Origin: an uncultured bacterium | GTDB lineage: Bacteria; Omnitrophota; Omnitrophia; Omnitrophales; Abzuiibacteriaceae | DNA: 64,000 bases | Assembly: GCA_964387845.1 (NCBI GenBank) | Contig: CAYLXA010000002.1 | Coordinates: 1 to 64,000, forward strand | Direction: 5' to 3' | Shown here: piece by piece, positions 30,122 to 39,516 of the stretch | Layout: each line of letters starts with the position of its first letter | How positions within the stretch are numbered: the first letter of the stretch is position 1 | Position numbers and translations under genes: made by a program | Notes under the pieces: model-generated | Database searches by the model: none | Seen by the model: the letters and a program-made list of their open reading frames with translations, nothing else | Told to the model about the DNA's origin: nothing

Positions 30122-30968
30122 GAGGTTTTGTGCCAGCCTTTTTGAACAGCTTCTTGGCCCAACGGATCAGAGCCGGATGTGTCAGGCTTTTGATAATCCA
30201 AAAAATGGAAGAAACCAGGCGGTTTGAGCGCCACGGATCGGTTGGCCGAGGTTTAAAAACAGTCCCGTGGGGGATAAAAATCTTCGTCTGCTCCGGTTTT
30301 TCTTTGGTGAAGTAATAAAGCTGTATCGATTTCCGGGTCATGGAGTCGGGGCAGTTGAGCGGATCGGGCACGCCATGGTAACCGGTTTCGGTTGATGTAA
30401 AAATAACACATCGGTTAAAAACGGGTAAAATTTTTTGGATGCGCTCGGTGGCTGTTTCGTTCCATAGTTCAAGCGCGCCTCCGTATTCATCTTTCCAGTC
30501 CTTATTCAGGTAGAACAAAAAGTTAATTCTCCGGTACAACTTAAGTTCTGCATGCCAGTTGAAATCCGCATGAAGCGCTAATCGGCCGTCGCGCTTAAAG
30601 TGACGAAGCGCTTGCCCGATATCCGGATCCGGAATCAAATGAGGAATGCCGCTTAATGTTTCCACAAACCGGATAAACTCGGGTTTGTTGAGATATTCGA
30701 GAAGCGAGCGTATGAAAGGGCTCATTTGCGTTTCGGACAGCGATTGATATTTTTGTGTCCTCACGGCAGAGGCGTCGTAATTGATCCACATGTCTTGCTG
30801 AAGGCTTGGGAATTCGGCATGAATTTGCTCTGCTACCGCCGGCGGGAAAAAATCATCAAATATAGCGTGCGGAAACGGTTTTGCCGTTTGGTATGGACCG
30901 GCATTTTCTTTGGCCAGTTGGTCCAAACGATTTGGGTCGCAAAAAGCTAGCGAAGAAGGTGAGTTCAC
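30108..30968 (-). CDS. 2OG-Fe(II) oxygenase superfamily protein
   Basis: LHADFNWH (HxD) and a downstream His in a double-stranded beta-helix-like region. Family assignment is tentative. Confidence 0.45.
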   Translation of the reverse strand: MNSPSSLAFCDPNRLDQLAKENAGPYQTAKPFPHAIFDDFFPPAVAEQIHAEFPSLQQDMWINYDASAVRTQKYQSLSETQMSPFIRSLLEYLNKPEFIRFVETLSGIPHLIPDPDIGQALRHFKRDGRLALHADFNWHAELKLYRRINFLFYLNKDWKDEYGGALELWNETATERIQKILPVFNRCVIFTSTETGYHGVPDPLNCPDSMTRKSIQLYYFTKEKPEQTKIFIPHGTVFKPRPTDPWRSNRLVSSIFWIIKSLTHPALIRWAKKLFKKAGTKPHDAP

Positions 30969-32575
30969 GTTGCAACGCCCCCCTCGCTTCTCTCGAGGCG
31001 TTTCAAAATTCCATAACGTCCCCAGTTTTTGACAACTCTATATTGCGACAAAAATTCAGGCGGAAGATGAAGGTAGGCGATTAATTCGTTAATTTTTTCA
31101 GGCGGAAACTGCGGCTCGCGCTCTGTCAGAATCCAAACCGGTGGATCCTTAACCACAATCTGCTCCCAAACGCTTTCCAACTGTTTGCCCGGAGCGGGGA
31201 CGATTTCTAGGCGTAAATCCCACAAAAATGGAACGCCCCGATAGCTGTCGCGGCCCGTTAAGGCGTTGATGATCTGCAGATTGGTTAGAATCAAAAGAGA
31301 ATCTTCTTTTGGAATTTCGGTTTTAACAAATTCGATCATTGGATTGAGAGCGCGGTCGGGATCCTCGCCGACCAACCAGCCTTCGAAAGGGCCCTTTGTA
31401 AAACTATAAGAAGCAACCGGAAAAAATGCAAATTTCCCCTGAGCTCTGCCAAAAGAGTAGGTTGAAACATAGACGATCTGCCAAACCGAGATACCGATTA
31501 AACAAGTTATGGAAACCGCGTAGAATGTTTTTTCAAAAACATTTCGGTAGTACGCTTTTGATTGATAGAGCAGCATGAAAGCTAGCGCCATCGCGACGCC
31601 ATACAGCGAAATATTGCTCGCCTCGCGAAGAGATCCGGTATTCAGTGTAAAAATGGCTGTTGCGATGATTCCGAAGAAAAGAAAAACAATCCGGAGCCCG
31701 GATTTTCTCAGGTAGAAAAGATTGAGCAGAACAACCAGGAAAGGGACCCAGTAGTGGCTCTTCAGGAAGGTTTCGAAAACAACAAAACGGAGAAGGCGTT
31801 GGGAAGCGCTGGCGCCATACGTCGTGAAAACATTTTCAATCAAAGCAGCCGGTGCCGGAATTAATAGAAATATCAACCCTAACGCGGCAAAAATGCCTGA
31901 TGCGTAACCCAATAAGAGCTTCCCGCTTCGAAAGGAGAGGGCATATAACCCAAACACAAGCAAAAAACATGCTCCGATATTGGTTTTGGTCATAAAAGAA
32001 AGAAGCGCCATCGCGCCGCACCAAAACGTAATCCAAAAAGCCCTGCCGCCTAAATGACCTGCGTCAATTTGGATCAGCAGCCAAACAGCCATAACGCCGA
32101 ACAGAAAAGCGGAGTGGTCATACCAAGGATGCGGAAACCACCAATAAAATCCCACAACGCTCAAAAGAGTGGCGATCAACGTGAGTATCAAAGGCATCCT
32201 GCGCTGCGCTATGAAAAAAGTTGCCGCAGCTACGAGCGAGCTGACAGTGATTAAGTGAGTTAAAATCGCAGATTTTCCGAAACCAAGTAAAAAAAAGAAA
32301 AAGGCATTCATGTAAAGATGAATTGGGCCCGTTGTGTAGATAAAATCAATATAAGGTTTTTGGCCCTTGTAGATTCTCCAGCTGGCGTCTAGAAATGCGC
32401 CATGATCGACCAAATTAAAACCTCGAAATGCAAAATACGCCAGAACGAAAGCGTTGCCCAGAAGGATGAAAGCGAGAATTAGCTTGGCCCTGTTAAGCCG
32501 CGTCGGGTCGTTTTTGGGGGAACCGGCAAGAAAATCAATCGTTTCTGTCAGTTTATTTGCTAAAATATTTATCAA
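30965..32575 (-). CDS. Polytopic membrane protein, GT-C-like (PMT_2/ArnT-like)
   Basis: About 12 TM helices plus a C-terminal soluble ~100 aa. Confidence 0.4.
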   Translation of the reverse strand: MINILANKLTETIDFLAGSPKNDPTRLNRAKLILAFILLGNAFVLAYFAFRGFNLVDHGAFLDASWRIYKGQKPYIDFIYTTGPIHLYMNAFFFFLLGFGKSAILTHLITVSSLVAAATFFIAQRRMPLILTLIATLLSVVGFYWWFPHPWYDHSAFLFGVMAVWLLIQIDAGHLGGRAFWITFWCGAMALLSFMTKTNIGACFLLVFGLYALSFRSGKLLLGYASGIFAALGLIFLLIPAPAALIENVFTTYGASASQRLLRFVVFETFLKSHYWVPFLVVLLNLFYLRKSGLRIVFLFFGIIATAIFTLNTGSLREASNISLYGVAMALAFMLLYQSKAYYRNVFEKTFYAVSITCLIGISVWQIVYVSTYSFGRAQGKFAFFPVASYSFTKGPFEGWLVGEDPDRALNPMIEFVKTEIPKEDSLLILTNLQIINALTGRDSYRGVPFLWDLRLEIVPAPGKQLESVWEQIVVKDPPVWILTEREPQFPPEKINELIAYLHLPPEFLSQYRVVKNWGRYGILKRLERSEGGVAT

Positions 32576-32690
32576 TTTTGGCCGTTACTTTCTAAAGGTT
32601 TTTAGTTTCAAATATCACAAATAGTGTATCGACATTTACAGCTAAAAGATTACCTGATTCTATGATAGTATTTTATACAATCGTCCATTT
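32576..32690. promoter_or_regulatory. AT-rich divergent intergenic region between oppositely oriented glycan gene blocks
   Basis: 115-bp AT-rich spacer with TATACAAT and TATGATAGT -10-like hexamers. Strand switch. Confidence 0.3.
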
Positions 32691-33395
32691 ATGAAAATCA
32701 CCCTCCTGATTATGACCTGGAACGAAATCGATGGAATGCGTGTGATCATGCCTCAGATCAAGAAAGAGTGGTATGACCAGCTCATCGTGGTTGATGGCGG
32801 GTCGACGGACGGAACAATTGAATACGCAAAAGAATGTGGTTACGAAGTATATGTACAGAAACAAAAAGGGTTTCGGCACGCGTATACGGAAGTGATGCCT
32901 TATGTTAAAGGTGATGTCATTGTTACTTTTAGCCCGGACGGTAATTCAATTGCCGAGCTGATTCCGGAGCTTAATAAAAAAATGCGCGAAGGCTACGATA
33001 TGGTCATCGTTTCGCGGTATTTGGGGAAAGCAAAAAGCAAGGATGATGATTTGGTGACGGGATTTGGCAATCGGTTATTTACAGGAACCGTAAATTTGCT
33101 TCATGGCGGGCATTATACGGATGCCATGGTGATCTTTCGCGCTTACCGGAAACAGATCGTTTACGATTTAGATTTAGACAAAGAAGAAAGCTATTCGTTT
33201 CCGGAAAAATTATTCAACACCAAAATCAGCTGGGAGCCGCTTTTGTCTGTTCGCGCTGCGAAGCGTAAATTAAAGGTCTCAGAAATTCCGGGCGACGAGC
33301 CGCCGCGAATCGGCGGCGAGAGAAAACTACAAGTACTTAAGTGGGGCGCGGCCTACTATTACCAATTCATCAGCGAAGTGTTTTGTTGGCGTTAA
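32691..33395 (+). CDS. GT2 glycosyltransferase
   Basis: ITLLIMTWNE. VVDGGSTDGT. Confidence 0.7.
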   Translation: MKITLLIMTWNEIDGMRVIMPQIKKEWYDQLIVVDGGSTDGTIEYAKECGYEVYVQKQKGFRHAYTEVMPYVKGDVIVTFSPDGNSIAELIPELNKKMREGYDMVIVSRYLGKAKSKDDDLVTGFGNRLFTGTVNLLHGGHYTDAMVIFRAYRKQIVYDLDLDKEESYSFPEKLFNTKISWEPLLSVRAAKRKLKVSEIPGDEPPRIGGERKLQVLKWGAAYYYQFISEVFCWR

Positions 33396-33419
33396 ATTAA
33401 CATTGAAGAAAGGAAAAGA

Positions 33420-34355
33420 ATGGCAAAAATCTTGGTAACCGGAGGAGCAGGGTATATCGGATCTGTTTTAGTGCCTACGCTTCTCAAAGAAAAGCATGAA
33501 GTAACCGTGCTTGATAATCTCATGTACCAGCAATCCTCGCTGTTGGATGTTTGTTACGATTCTAATCTCACGGTAGTGCGCGGAGATGCCCGCGATGAAA
33601 AACTGATCGCAGGTCTGGTCAAAACCGTCGATTATATTTTCCCGCTCGCATGTTTGACGGGAGCGCCCCTTTGCGACAAAGATCCTTTCGCGGCCAAAGA
33701 AGTGAACTTAGATGCTATTTTGTTAATTTTAAAACACCGCAGTAAGAATCAGCGCGTAATCTATCCGACGACCAACAGCGGCTACGGAATCGGCCAAAAA
33801 GGAATCCATTGCGATGAAAAAACGCCGCTCAATCCGATTTCGCTCTATGGCAAATTAAAAGTTGAGGCTGAAAAGGCGATTTTGGATTCCGGAAATGCGG
33901 TTACCTTTCGTCTCGCAACGGCGTTCGGCATCAGTCCGCGGATGCGGCTTGATTTGTTGGTGAACGATTTTGTCTACCGAGCGATTAATGACCGTGCTGT
34001 GATTCTTTTTGAAAGTCATTTCAAGCGTAACTATGTCCACGTTCGCGATATTTCGCGAGCATTTGTGCATGCGGTGAATCATTTCGATAAAATGAAAAAC
34101 GAACCGTACAATGTCGGTTTAAGCGACTGCAATTTAAGCAAAAAAGAATTGTGCGATGAAATCAAAAAGCAGGTTCCCAAATTTTATTATGTTGAGTCGG
34201 CAATTGGCGAAGACCCGGATAAACGCGATTACATCGTGAGCAACGAAAAAATCGAGAAAACAGGGTTCAAAACCGAGCATCCGTTGACGGTTGGGATACG
34301 AGAGCTGATCAAGGGGTATCAAGTTATCAAACGGAGTCAATACGGAAACGTTTAA
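33420..34355 (+). CDS. NAD-dependent nucleotide-sugar epimerase/dehydratase (SDR)
   Basis: ILVTGGAGYIGS Rossmann motif. YGKLK catalytic Yxxx K. Confidence 0.8.
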   Translation: MAKILVTGGAGYIGSVLVPTLLKEKHEVTVLDNLMYQQSSLLDVCYDSNLTVVRGDARDEKLIAGLVKTVDYIFPLACLTGAPLCDKDPFAAKEVNLDAILLILKHRSKNQRVIYPTTNSGYGIGQKGIHCDEKTPLNPISLYGKLKVEAEKAILDSGNAVTFRLATAFGISPRMRLDLLVNDFVYRAINDRAVILFESHFKRNYVHVRDISRAFVHAVNHFDKMKNEPYNVGLSDCNLSKKELCDEIKKQVPKFYYVESAIGEDPDKRDYIVSNEKIEKTGFKTEHPLTVGIRELIKGYQVIKRSQYGNV

Positions 34356-35348
34356 ATGGCGAAATCAACTTCACCAAAAAATAAAGAAATTCTAATCTCG
34401 CTTTATAAAGCGATGCTGAAAATCCGCCGTGCGGAGGAAAAAGTGGCGGAACTTTATCCGTCCGACAAAATCCAAAGCCCGATTCATCTATGCATCGGAC
34501 AGGAGGCTATTTCAGCGGGCGTTTGCCTTGCCATGAAACAGTCAGATCATCTTTATGGAACTTATCGCGGCCACGGTGTTTATTTGGCAAAGGGCGGCAG
34601 CATGAAACAAATGTTTGCCGAGTTGTATGCGAAAGACACGGGTTGTGCGGGCGGTCGCGGCGGCTCCATGCATTTGATTGCGCCCGAAGTTGGCTTGATG
34701 GGATGTTCAGCGATTGTGGCCAGTACGATTCCGCTGGCGGTGGGCGATGCGCTTGCCACAAAGATGCGGAAGAAAAATGATGTAACCGTGACTTTTTTTG
34801 GCGACGGTGCTATCGGCGAAGGCGTTTTCTTTGAAAGTTTGAATTTCGCGGCGTTGAAAAAGCTGCCCGTGGTCTTTGTCTGTGAAAATAACAATTACGC
34901 GGTTCATTCGCGCGTCTCAGACCGCCATAAACAAACCGATCTTTATAAGTACGCGCAGCCTTTCGGAGTTCCGTCTAAACGTTTAGATGGCAATGATGCC
35001 TTGTTAGTTTATGAATCAATGTCGGATGCGATTGCAAAAGCACGGAAGGGCAGCGGTCCTATCTTTATTGAATATATGACCTACCGCATTTATGAACATG
35101 TGGGCCCGTCCAAGGATCATAAAGAGGTGTACCGCGAGACAAAAAAGTTAAAAAATGCCGAAAAAAACGATCCTGTCATTCGATTGGGAAAAGAGCTGCG
35201 TCAAAAATACAAGATTCCTGAATCTGTATTTGCTGAATGGGAATCTGAATTACAGAAAGAGGTCGAGAGCGCGGTCCAGTTCGCAGAAAAAAGTCCGGAG
35301 CCCCCAGCTAGCCGTTTGTACGAGCACATCTATTTGGAGAGATCATGA
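34356..35348 (+). CDS. TPP-dependent dehydrogenase E1 alpha subunit (pyruvate/acetoin dehydrogenase E1 family)
   Basis: HLCIGQEA. YRGHG. GGRGGSMH. TPP motif GDGAIGEG..N. Confidence 0.8.
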   Translation: MAKSTSPKNKEILISLYKAMLKIRRAEEKVAELYPSDKIQSPIHLCIGQEAISAGVCLAMKQSDHLYGTYRGHGVYLAKGGSMKQMFAELYAKDTGCAGGRGGSMHLIAPEVGLMGCSAIVASTIPLAVGDALATKMRKKNDVTVTFFGDGAIGEGVFFESLNFAALKKLPVVFVCENNNYAVHSRVSDRHKQTDLYKYAQPFGVPSKRLDGNDALLVYESMSDAIAKARKGSGPIFIEYMTYRIYEHVGPSKDHKEVYRETKKLKNAEKNDPVIRLGKELRQKYKIPESVFAEWESELQKEVESAVQFAEKSPEPPASRLYEHIYLERS

Positions 35349-36376
35349 GCATTATCAGCTACGGCGAAGCCAATAAACAGGCGCTGACACTGGCGATGGA
35401 ACGCGACCCGAGCGTTTTCTTGATGGGAATCGGTGTAGATGACCACAAGGCCATTTTCGGTAGCGTGCGCGGCATGGTCGAACAGTTCGGCAAAGAGCGT
35501 ATTTTTGATACGCCGATTGCGGAGAGCGGGATGACGGGAATCGCGATTGGCGCCGCGCTAAACGGTATGCGGCCTGTCCATATTCATATCCGCGCCGACT
35601 TTTTATATTTGGCGATGGACCAGCTTTTTAATATTGCAGCGAAGTGGCATGCGATGTTTGGCGGAAAAATGAGCGTTCCGATTGTGATTCGCGCCGTGAT
35701 CGGCCGCAGCTGGGGGCAGGGTGCGCAGCATTCCCAAAGCCCTCAGGCCATGATTGCCCACGTTCCGGGTATTAAATTAGTAATGCCGACCACAGCGTAT
35801 GACGTGAAGGGCTTGCTGCTCAAAGCAATTACCGATCCAAATCCGGTGGTGATGATTGAACATCGCCTGCTTTACGACATTAAAGGAGAGGTGCCGGATG
35901 GTTATTATGAAATTCCATTCGGAAAGGGTGTTGTAAGACGAACCGGAAAGGATGTTACGATTGTCGCAACTTCCTATATGGTTGTTGAGGCATTGAAAGC
36001 TGCCGAATTTTTAACGAATCAGGGAATTGAGGTCGAGATCATTGACCCGCTTACACTGGTTCCGCTGGATGAAGAATTGATTCTGCGATCAGTTCAAAAA
36101 ACCGGCAGAATGCTGGTTGCGGATACCGGCTGGACCAATTGTGGCGTGAGCGCTGAAATTTCCGCGCGTGTTGCAGATCTCGGTTTTTCGTCACTCAAAG
36201 GCCCGATTCGCCGGCTCGGCATGGCGCCCACTGCTTGTCCGGTCAGCAAAGCCCTTGAAAACGCCTTTTATCCAAACGCTAAAACGATTGTCCAGCAAGT
36301 TTGCGAAATGTTGGGCGAGGCGGTTCCAAATGTAGAAGTCCCGCTTTTGGAAAGCAAATTCAAAGGGCCGTTTTAA
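35345..36376 (+). CDS. TPP-dependent dehydrogenase E1 beta subunit (transketolase-like)
   Basis: FGKERIFDTPIAESGMTGIAIGAALNGMRPV typical of E1 beta. ATGA coupling to E1 alpha. Confidence 0.8.
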   Translation: MSIISYGEANKQALTLAMERDPSVFLMGIGVDDHKAIFGSVRGMVEQFGKERIFDTPIAESGMTGIAIGAALNGMRPVHIHIRADFLYLAMDQLFNIAAKWHAMFGGKMSVPIVIRAVIGRSWGQGAQHSQSPQAMIAHVPGIKLVMPTTAYDVKGLLLKAITDPNPVVMIEHRLLYDIKGEVPDGYYEIPFGKGVVRRTGKDVTIVATSYMVVEALKAAEFLTNQGIEVEIIDPLTLVPLDEELILRSVQKTGRMLVADTGWTNCGVSAEISARVADLGFSSLKGPIRRLGMAPTACPVSKALENAFYPNAKTIVQQVCEMLGEAVPNVEVPLLESKFKGPF

Positions 36377-37560
36377 TGATTAAATATCATTTAGCTAAAG
36401 ACACAATTGATGAAAAAGATATTCAGGCACTGATTGAGTGGCTTAAATCCTACCCACGGCTCACGAAAGCAAATCTCACGCTTCAATTTGAAGAGCGGTG
36501 GAGCAAATGGCTTGGAAAGAAATATTCAACCTTCTGCAATTCCGGCTCATCCGCAAATTTGTTGATGTATTACGCGCTGCTAAGTTCCAAAAAGCTTAAA
36601 AATAAAAAAGTCGTCGTACCGACTGTTGGATGGGTGACCACCATTGCGCCTGCCATTCAATTCGGCTTTGAGCCGATCATGTGTGAAGCTGATCCCGACA
36701 CTTTTGGCCTTGATTTGGGTCATCTGGAAAAACTTCTCAAGAAGCACAATCCCGGCACGGTAGTGTTGGTACAGGTGCTCGGCGTTCCTCATAAAATGGA
36801 CGAAATTTTGGCGCTTAAGAAAAAATACGACTTCTATTTGTTGGAAGATGCCTGCGCTTCAATCGGTTCCACATATCACGGTAAAAAAATTGGGCAGTTC
36901 GGTGATATGGCAAGCTTTTCGTTCTATTTTGGACATCAAATGTCAACCATCGAAGGCGGTATGGTATCGACGGACAATAAAGAGTTTCAGGATTTATTAT
37001 TGATGCTTCGAAGCCATGGCTGGAGCAAGGATTTAGACGCAAAGACTCATGATGCGCTCGTTGAGCAATATAAAATTGATGACTTTCATACGCCCTTTGT
37101 TTTTTATGAGCCGGGGTTCAATTTGCGCTCAACCGACCTCAACGCATTTCTGGGGCTTCGGCAATTGGACAAGCTCGATTGGATGATTTCGCGGCGTGAT
37201 GAAAATCATAAGCTCTATTATAAACTCTTGGCAAATCAGTTTTACGCTCAGAAATATGCGGATCCAAAAGCAAATGTTTCAAGTATCTCATTTGGTGCTT
37301 TGGCCGCTGATCCGGAAGAGCGGCGCAAGGTCGTGAAGGCTTTGGTGCAGAACGGGATTGAAACCCGGATTTTTTCGGCAGGAAATCTAGGTTTGCATCC
37401 GTTTTGGTATAACCGATACGGAAAAGCGAGCTTTCCGGTTGCCGATAAAGTACACCATTGCGGATTTTTCCTTCCAAATCATCCGTCGCTTGCGACGAAA
37501 GATGTTGAATTTGTGGCGCAGGTAACCTTGGATGCGGTATGCACGGGAAAATCCTCGTAA
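36376..37560 (+). CDS. DegT/DnrJ-family PLP enzyme of the 3-dehydratase type (ColD/E1-like, His replaces the PLP lysine)
   Basis: FSFYFGHQMSTIEGG has His where aminotransferases have Lys, as in ColD/AscC. TAATG overlap start at 36376. The ORF-track 5' extension was rejected. Confidence 0.65.
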   Translation: MIKYHLAKDTIDEKDIQALIEWLKSYPRLTKANLTLQFEERWSKWLGKKYSTFCNSGSSANLLMYYALLSSKKLKNKKVVVPTVGWVTTIAPAIQFGFEPIMCEADPDTFGLDLGHLEKLLKKHNPGTVVLVQVLGVPHKMDEILALKKKYDFYLLEDACASIGSTYHGKKIGQFGDMASFSFYFGHQMSTIEGGMVSTDNKEFQDLLLMLRSHGWSKDLDAKTHDALVEQYKIDDFHTPFVFYEPGFNLRSTDLNAFLGLRQLDKLDWMISRRDENHKLYYKLLANQFYAQKYADPKANVSSISFGALAADPEERRKVVKALVQNGIETRIFSAGNLGLHPFWYNRYGKASFPVADKVHHCGFFLPNHPSLATKDVEFVAQVTLDAVCTGKSS

Positions 37561-38468
37561 CCGGCGGCACAGGTCTTTTGGGATCAGCGCTTCAAAAGCA
37601 GTGTCCGGATGCGGTTTATGTTGGAAGTAAAGATTATGACTTGAGACGGTTTGATGAGGCTGAGAGGATGTTTGGCGAAATAAAACCAACCCGCGTGATT
37701 CATCTTGCGGCCAATGTGGGTGGGGTGAAGAAAAACGCGGAGCAAAATGCCACACTTTTCTCGGACAATGTTTTAATCAACACCAATGTGATTGAGGCTG
37801 CAATTCAAGGCGGTGTTAAGCGGTTGATTTCAATTTTATCCAGCTGTTGTTTTAAAATTTATCCGGACAAGCCGTCAACAGAGAGCGATTTGCATGAAGG
37901 TGCGCCGTTTGCCGGCAATTTGGGCTATGGTTATGCAAAGCGAATGCTGGACATCCATAGCCGCTTAGCGTGGGAGCAGCATCGGCTGCAGTTTTCATCG
38001 ATCACTCCAGCGACAATGTATGGGCTTAACGATAACTGGGATCTAGAAAGCGGACATGTGGTGGCTGCGTTAATCCGCCGGACGTTTATAGCGAAAGAAA
38101 GGGGCGAGCCGTTGACTGTTTGGGGAAGTGGAAATGCTGTCCGCCAATTTGTCTTAGCAGATGATGTCGCGAGGCTGCTTTTAGAGGAGATTGATACGTT
38201 TGATGGCCCCGACAATATGATCGTAGCACCGGATTCGGGTGTCTCGATACGCGATTTAACAAGCATGATCGCGGAGCTGATGAATTTTAAAGGAGAAATT
38301 ATTTTTGACCAGTCGAAACCGGAGGGACAATTAAAGAGAGTGTTGATCAGTGAGAAATTTAAAAAGCGGTATCCCGAATTTAGCTTTACACCGCTTCGCA
38401 GCGGCTTAAAAATGACCATTGATTGGTTTCTCAAAAACTATAAAACAGCAAGGGTTTTGAAGGTGTGA
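37539..38468 (+). CDS. NAD(P)-dependent nucleotide-sugar epimerase/reductase, GDP-L-fucose synthase (Fcl/ColC)-like
   Basis: ILVTGGTGLLGSAL. SSCCFKIYP. YGYAK. Follows the ColD-like gene. Confidence 0.7.
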   Translation: MHGKILVTGGTGLLGSALQKQCPDAVYVGSKDYDLRRFDEAERMFGEIKPTRVIHLAANVGGVKKNAEQNATLFSDNVLINTNVIEAAIQGGVKRLISILSSCCFKIYPDKPSTESDLHEGAPFAGNLGYGYAKRMLDIHSRLAWEQHRLQFSSITPATMYGLNDNWDLESGHVVAALIRRTFIAKERGEPLTVWGSGNAVRQFVLADDVARLLLEEIDTFDGPDNMIVAPDSGVSIRDLTSMIAELMNFKGEIIFDQSKPEGQLKRVLISEKFKKRYPEFSFTPLRSGLKMTIDWFLKNYKTARVLKV

Positions 38469-38469
38469 C

Positions 38470-39516
38470 ATGATTATTAGCCGAACCCCTTTTCGTGTTT
38501 CTTTTTTAGGCGGCGGAACCGATTACCCCGGTTGGTACCGTGAGCATGGCGGAGCCGTGTTGGCGACAACCATTGATAAGTACTGCTATATTACTTGCCG
38601 CTATCTACCCCCATTTTTTGAGCATAAAAGCCGCATCATGTATTCCAAAATCGAGTGCGTTCAGTCCAATAAAGACATCGAACATCCCTCTGTGCGGGAA
38701 ACTTTGAAATATATGAATATCCAAGAGGGGATTGAGATTCATCACGACGGCGATTTGCCTGCCCGCGCCGGTTTGGGATCAAGCTCTGCTTTTACAGTGG
38801 GATTATTGAACGCGCTTTATGGCCTTAAGCGTAAAATGTCGTCTAAAGAAGATTTGGCAAAGGAAGCGATTCATGTGGAAAGAGATCTCCTGAGCGAGAA
38901 TGTGGGATCTCAAGATCAGGTACAGTCGTCGTTTGGCGGTTTGAATCACATTGAATTCCTCAAAAACGGACAATTTAACGTTTTTCCGATTGTTTTGAAG
39001 CATGAGCGCCTTCAAAGTTTTCAAGATCATCTTTTGCTGTATTTTACGGGTTTCTCGCGTTTTGCTTCAGACATTGCAAAAGAGCAAATTGATTCGATTG
39101 CGAAAAAACAAAATGAGCTTAAAGCGATGGGGCAAATGGTTGGTGAAGGCCTCAAGATTCTTACGGGTGACGCAAGCTTGTTGGAATTTGGAAAATTGCT
39201 GCATGAAAGCTGGACATTGAAGCGGAATTTGACTAACCGGATTTCAACACCTGCCATTGATCAAATTTATGAAGAAGCGCGGAGGGCAGGCGCCGTGGGC
39301 GGAAAGCTGCTCGGGGCCGGCGGGGGCGGTTTCGTTCTTTTGCTGGTTGAGCCCGGTAAACAGCAAAAAGTAAAGGATGTGCTGCAAAAATTATTGCTGG
39401 TCCCGTTTCAATTCGAAAACACGGGAACGCAGGTTGTTTTTTACCGCCCTCCCAAGGAAAGTACCGAAATGAGTTGGTTTAAGTTCCAAAAGGAGCGGGA
39501 AGCTTCGCAAAAGTGA
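38470..39516 (+). CDS. GHMP sugar kinase (HddA-like D-glycero-D-manno-heptose 7-phosphate kinase family)
   Basis: PFRVSFLGGGTDYP N-terminus. GHMP motif PARAGLGSSSA. C-terminal GAGGGGF. Confidence 0.7.
   Translation: MIISRTPFRVSFLGGGTDYPGWYREHGGAVLATTIDKYCYITCRYLPPFFEHKSRIMYSKIECVQSNKDIEHPSVRETLKYMNIQEGIEIHHDGDLPARAGLGSSSAFTVGLLNALYGLKRKMSSKEDLAKEAIHVERDLLSENVGSQDQVQSSFGGLNHIEFLKNGQFNVFPIVLKHERLQSFQDHLLLYFTGFSRFASDIAKEQIDSIAKKQNELKAMGQMVGEGLKILTGDASLLEFGKLLHESWTLKRNLTNRISTPAIDQIYEEARRAGAVGGKLLGAGGGGFVLLLVEPGKQQKVKDVLQKLLLVPFQFENTGTQVVFYRPPKESTEMSWFKFQKEREASQK

Noticed and set aside
36301-36375. 5' extension of the ColD-like ORF in the ORF track (start 36301)
   Set aside because: It overlaps the E1 beta gene by 76 nt. 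An ATG at 36376 forms a TAATG stop-start overlap and the protein N-terminus begins sensibly at MIKYHLAKD.
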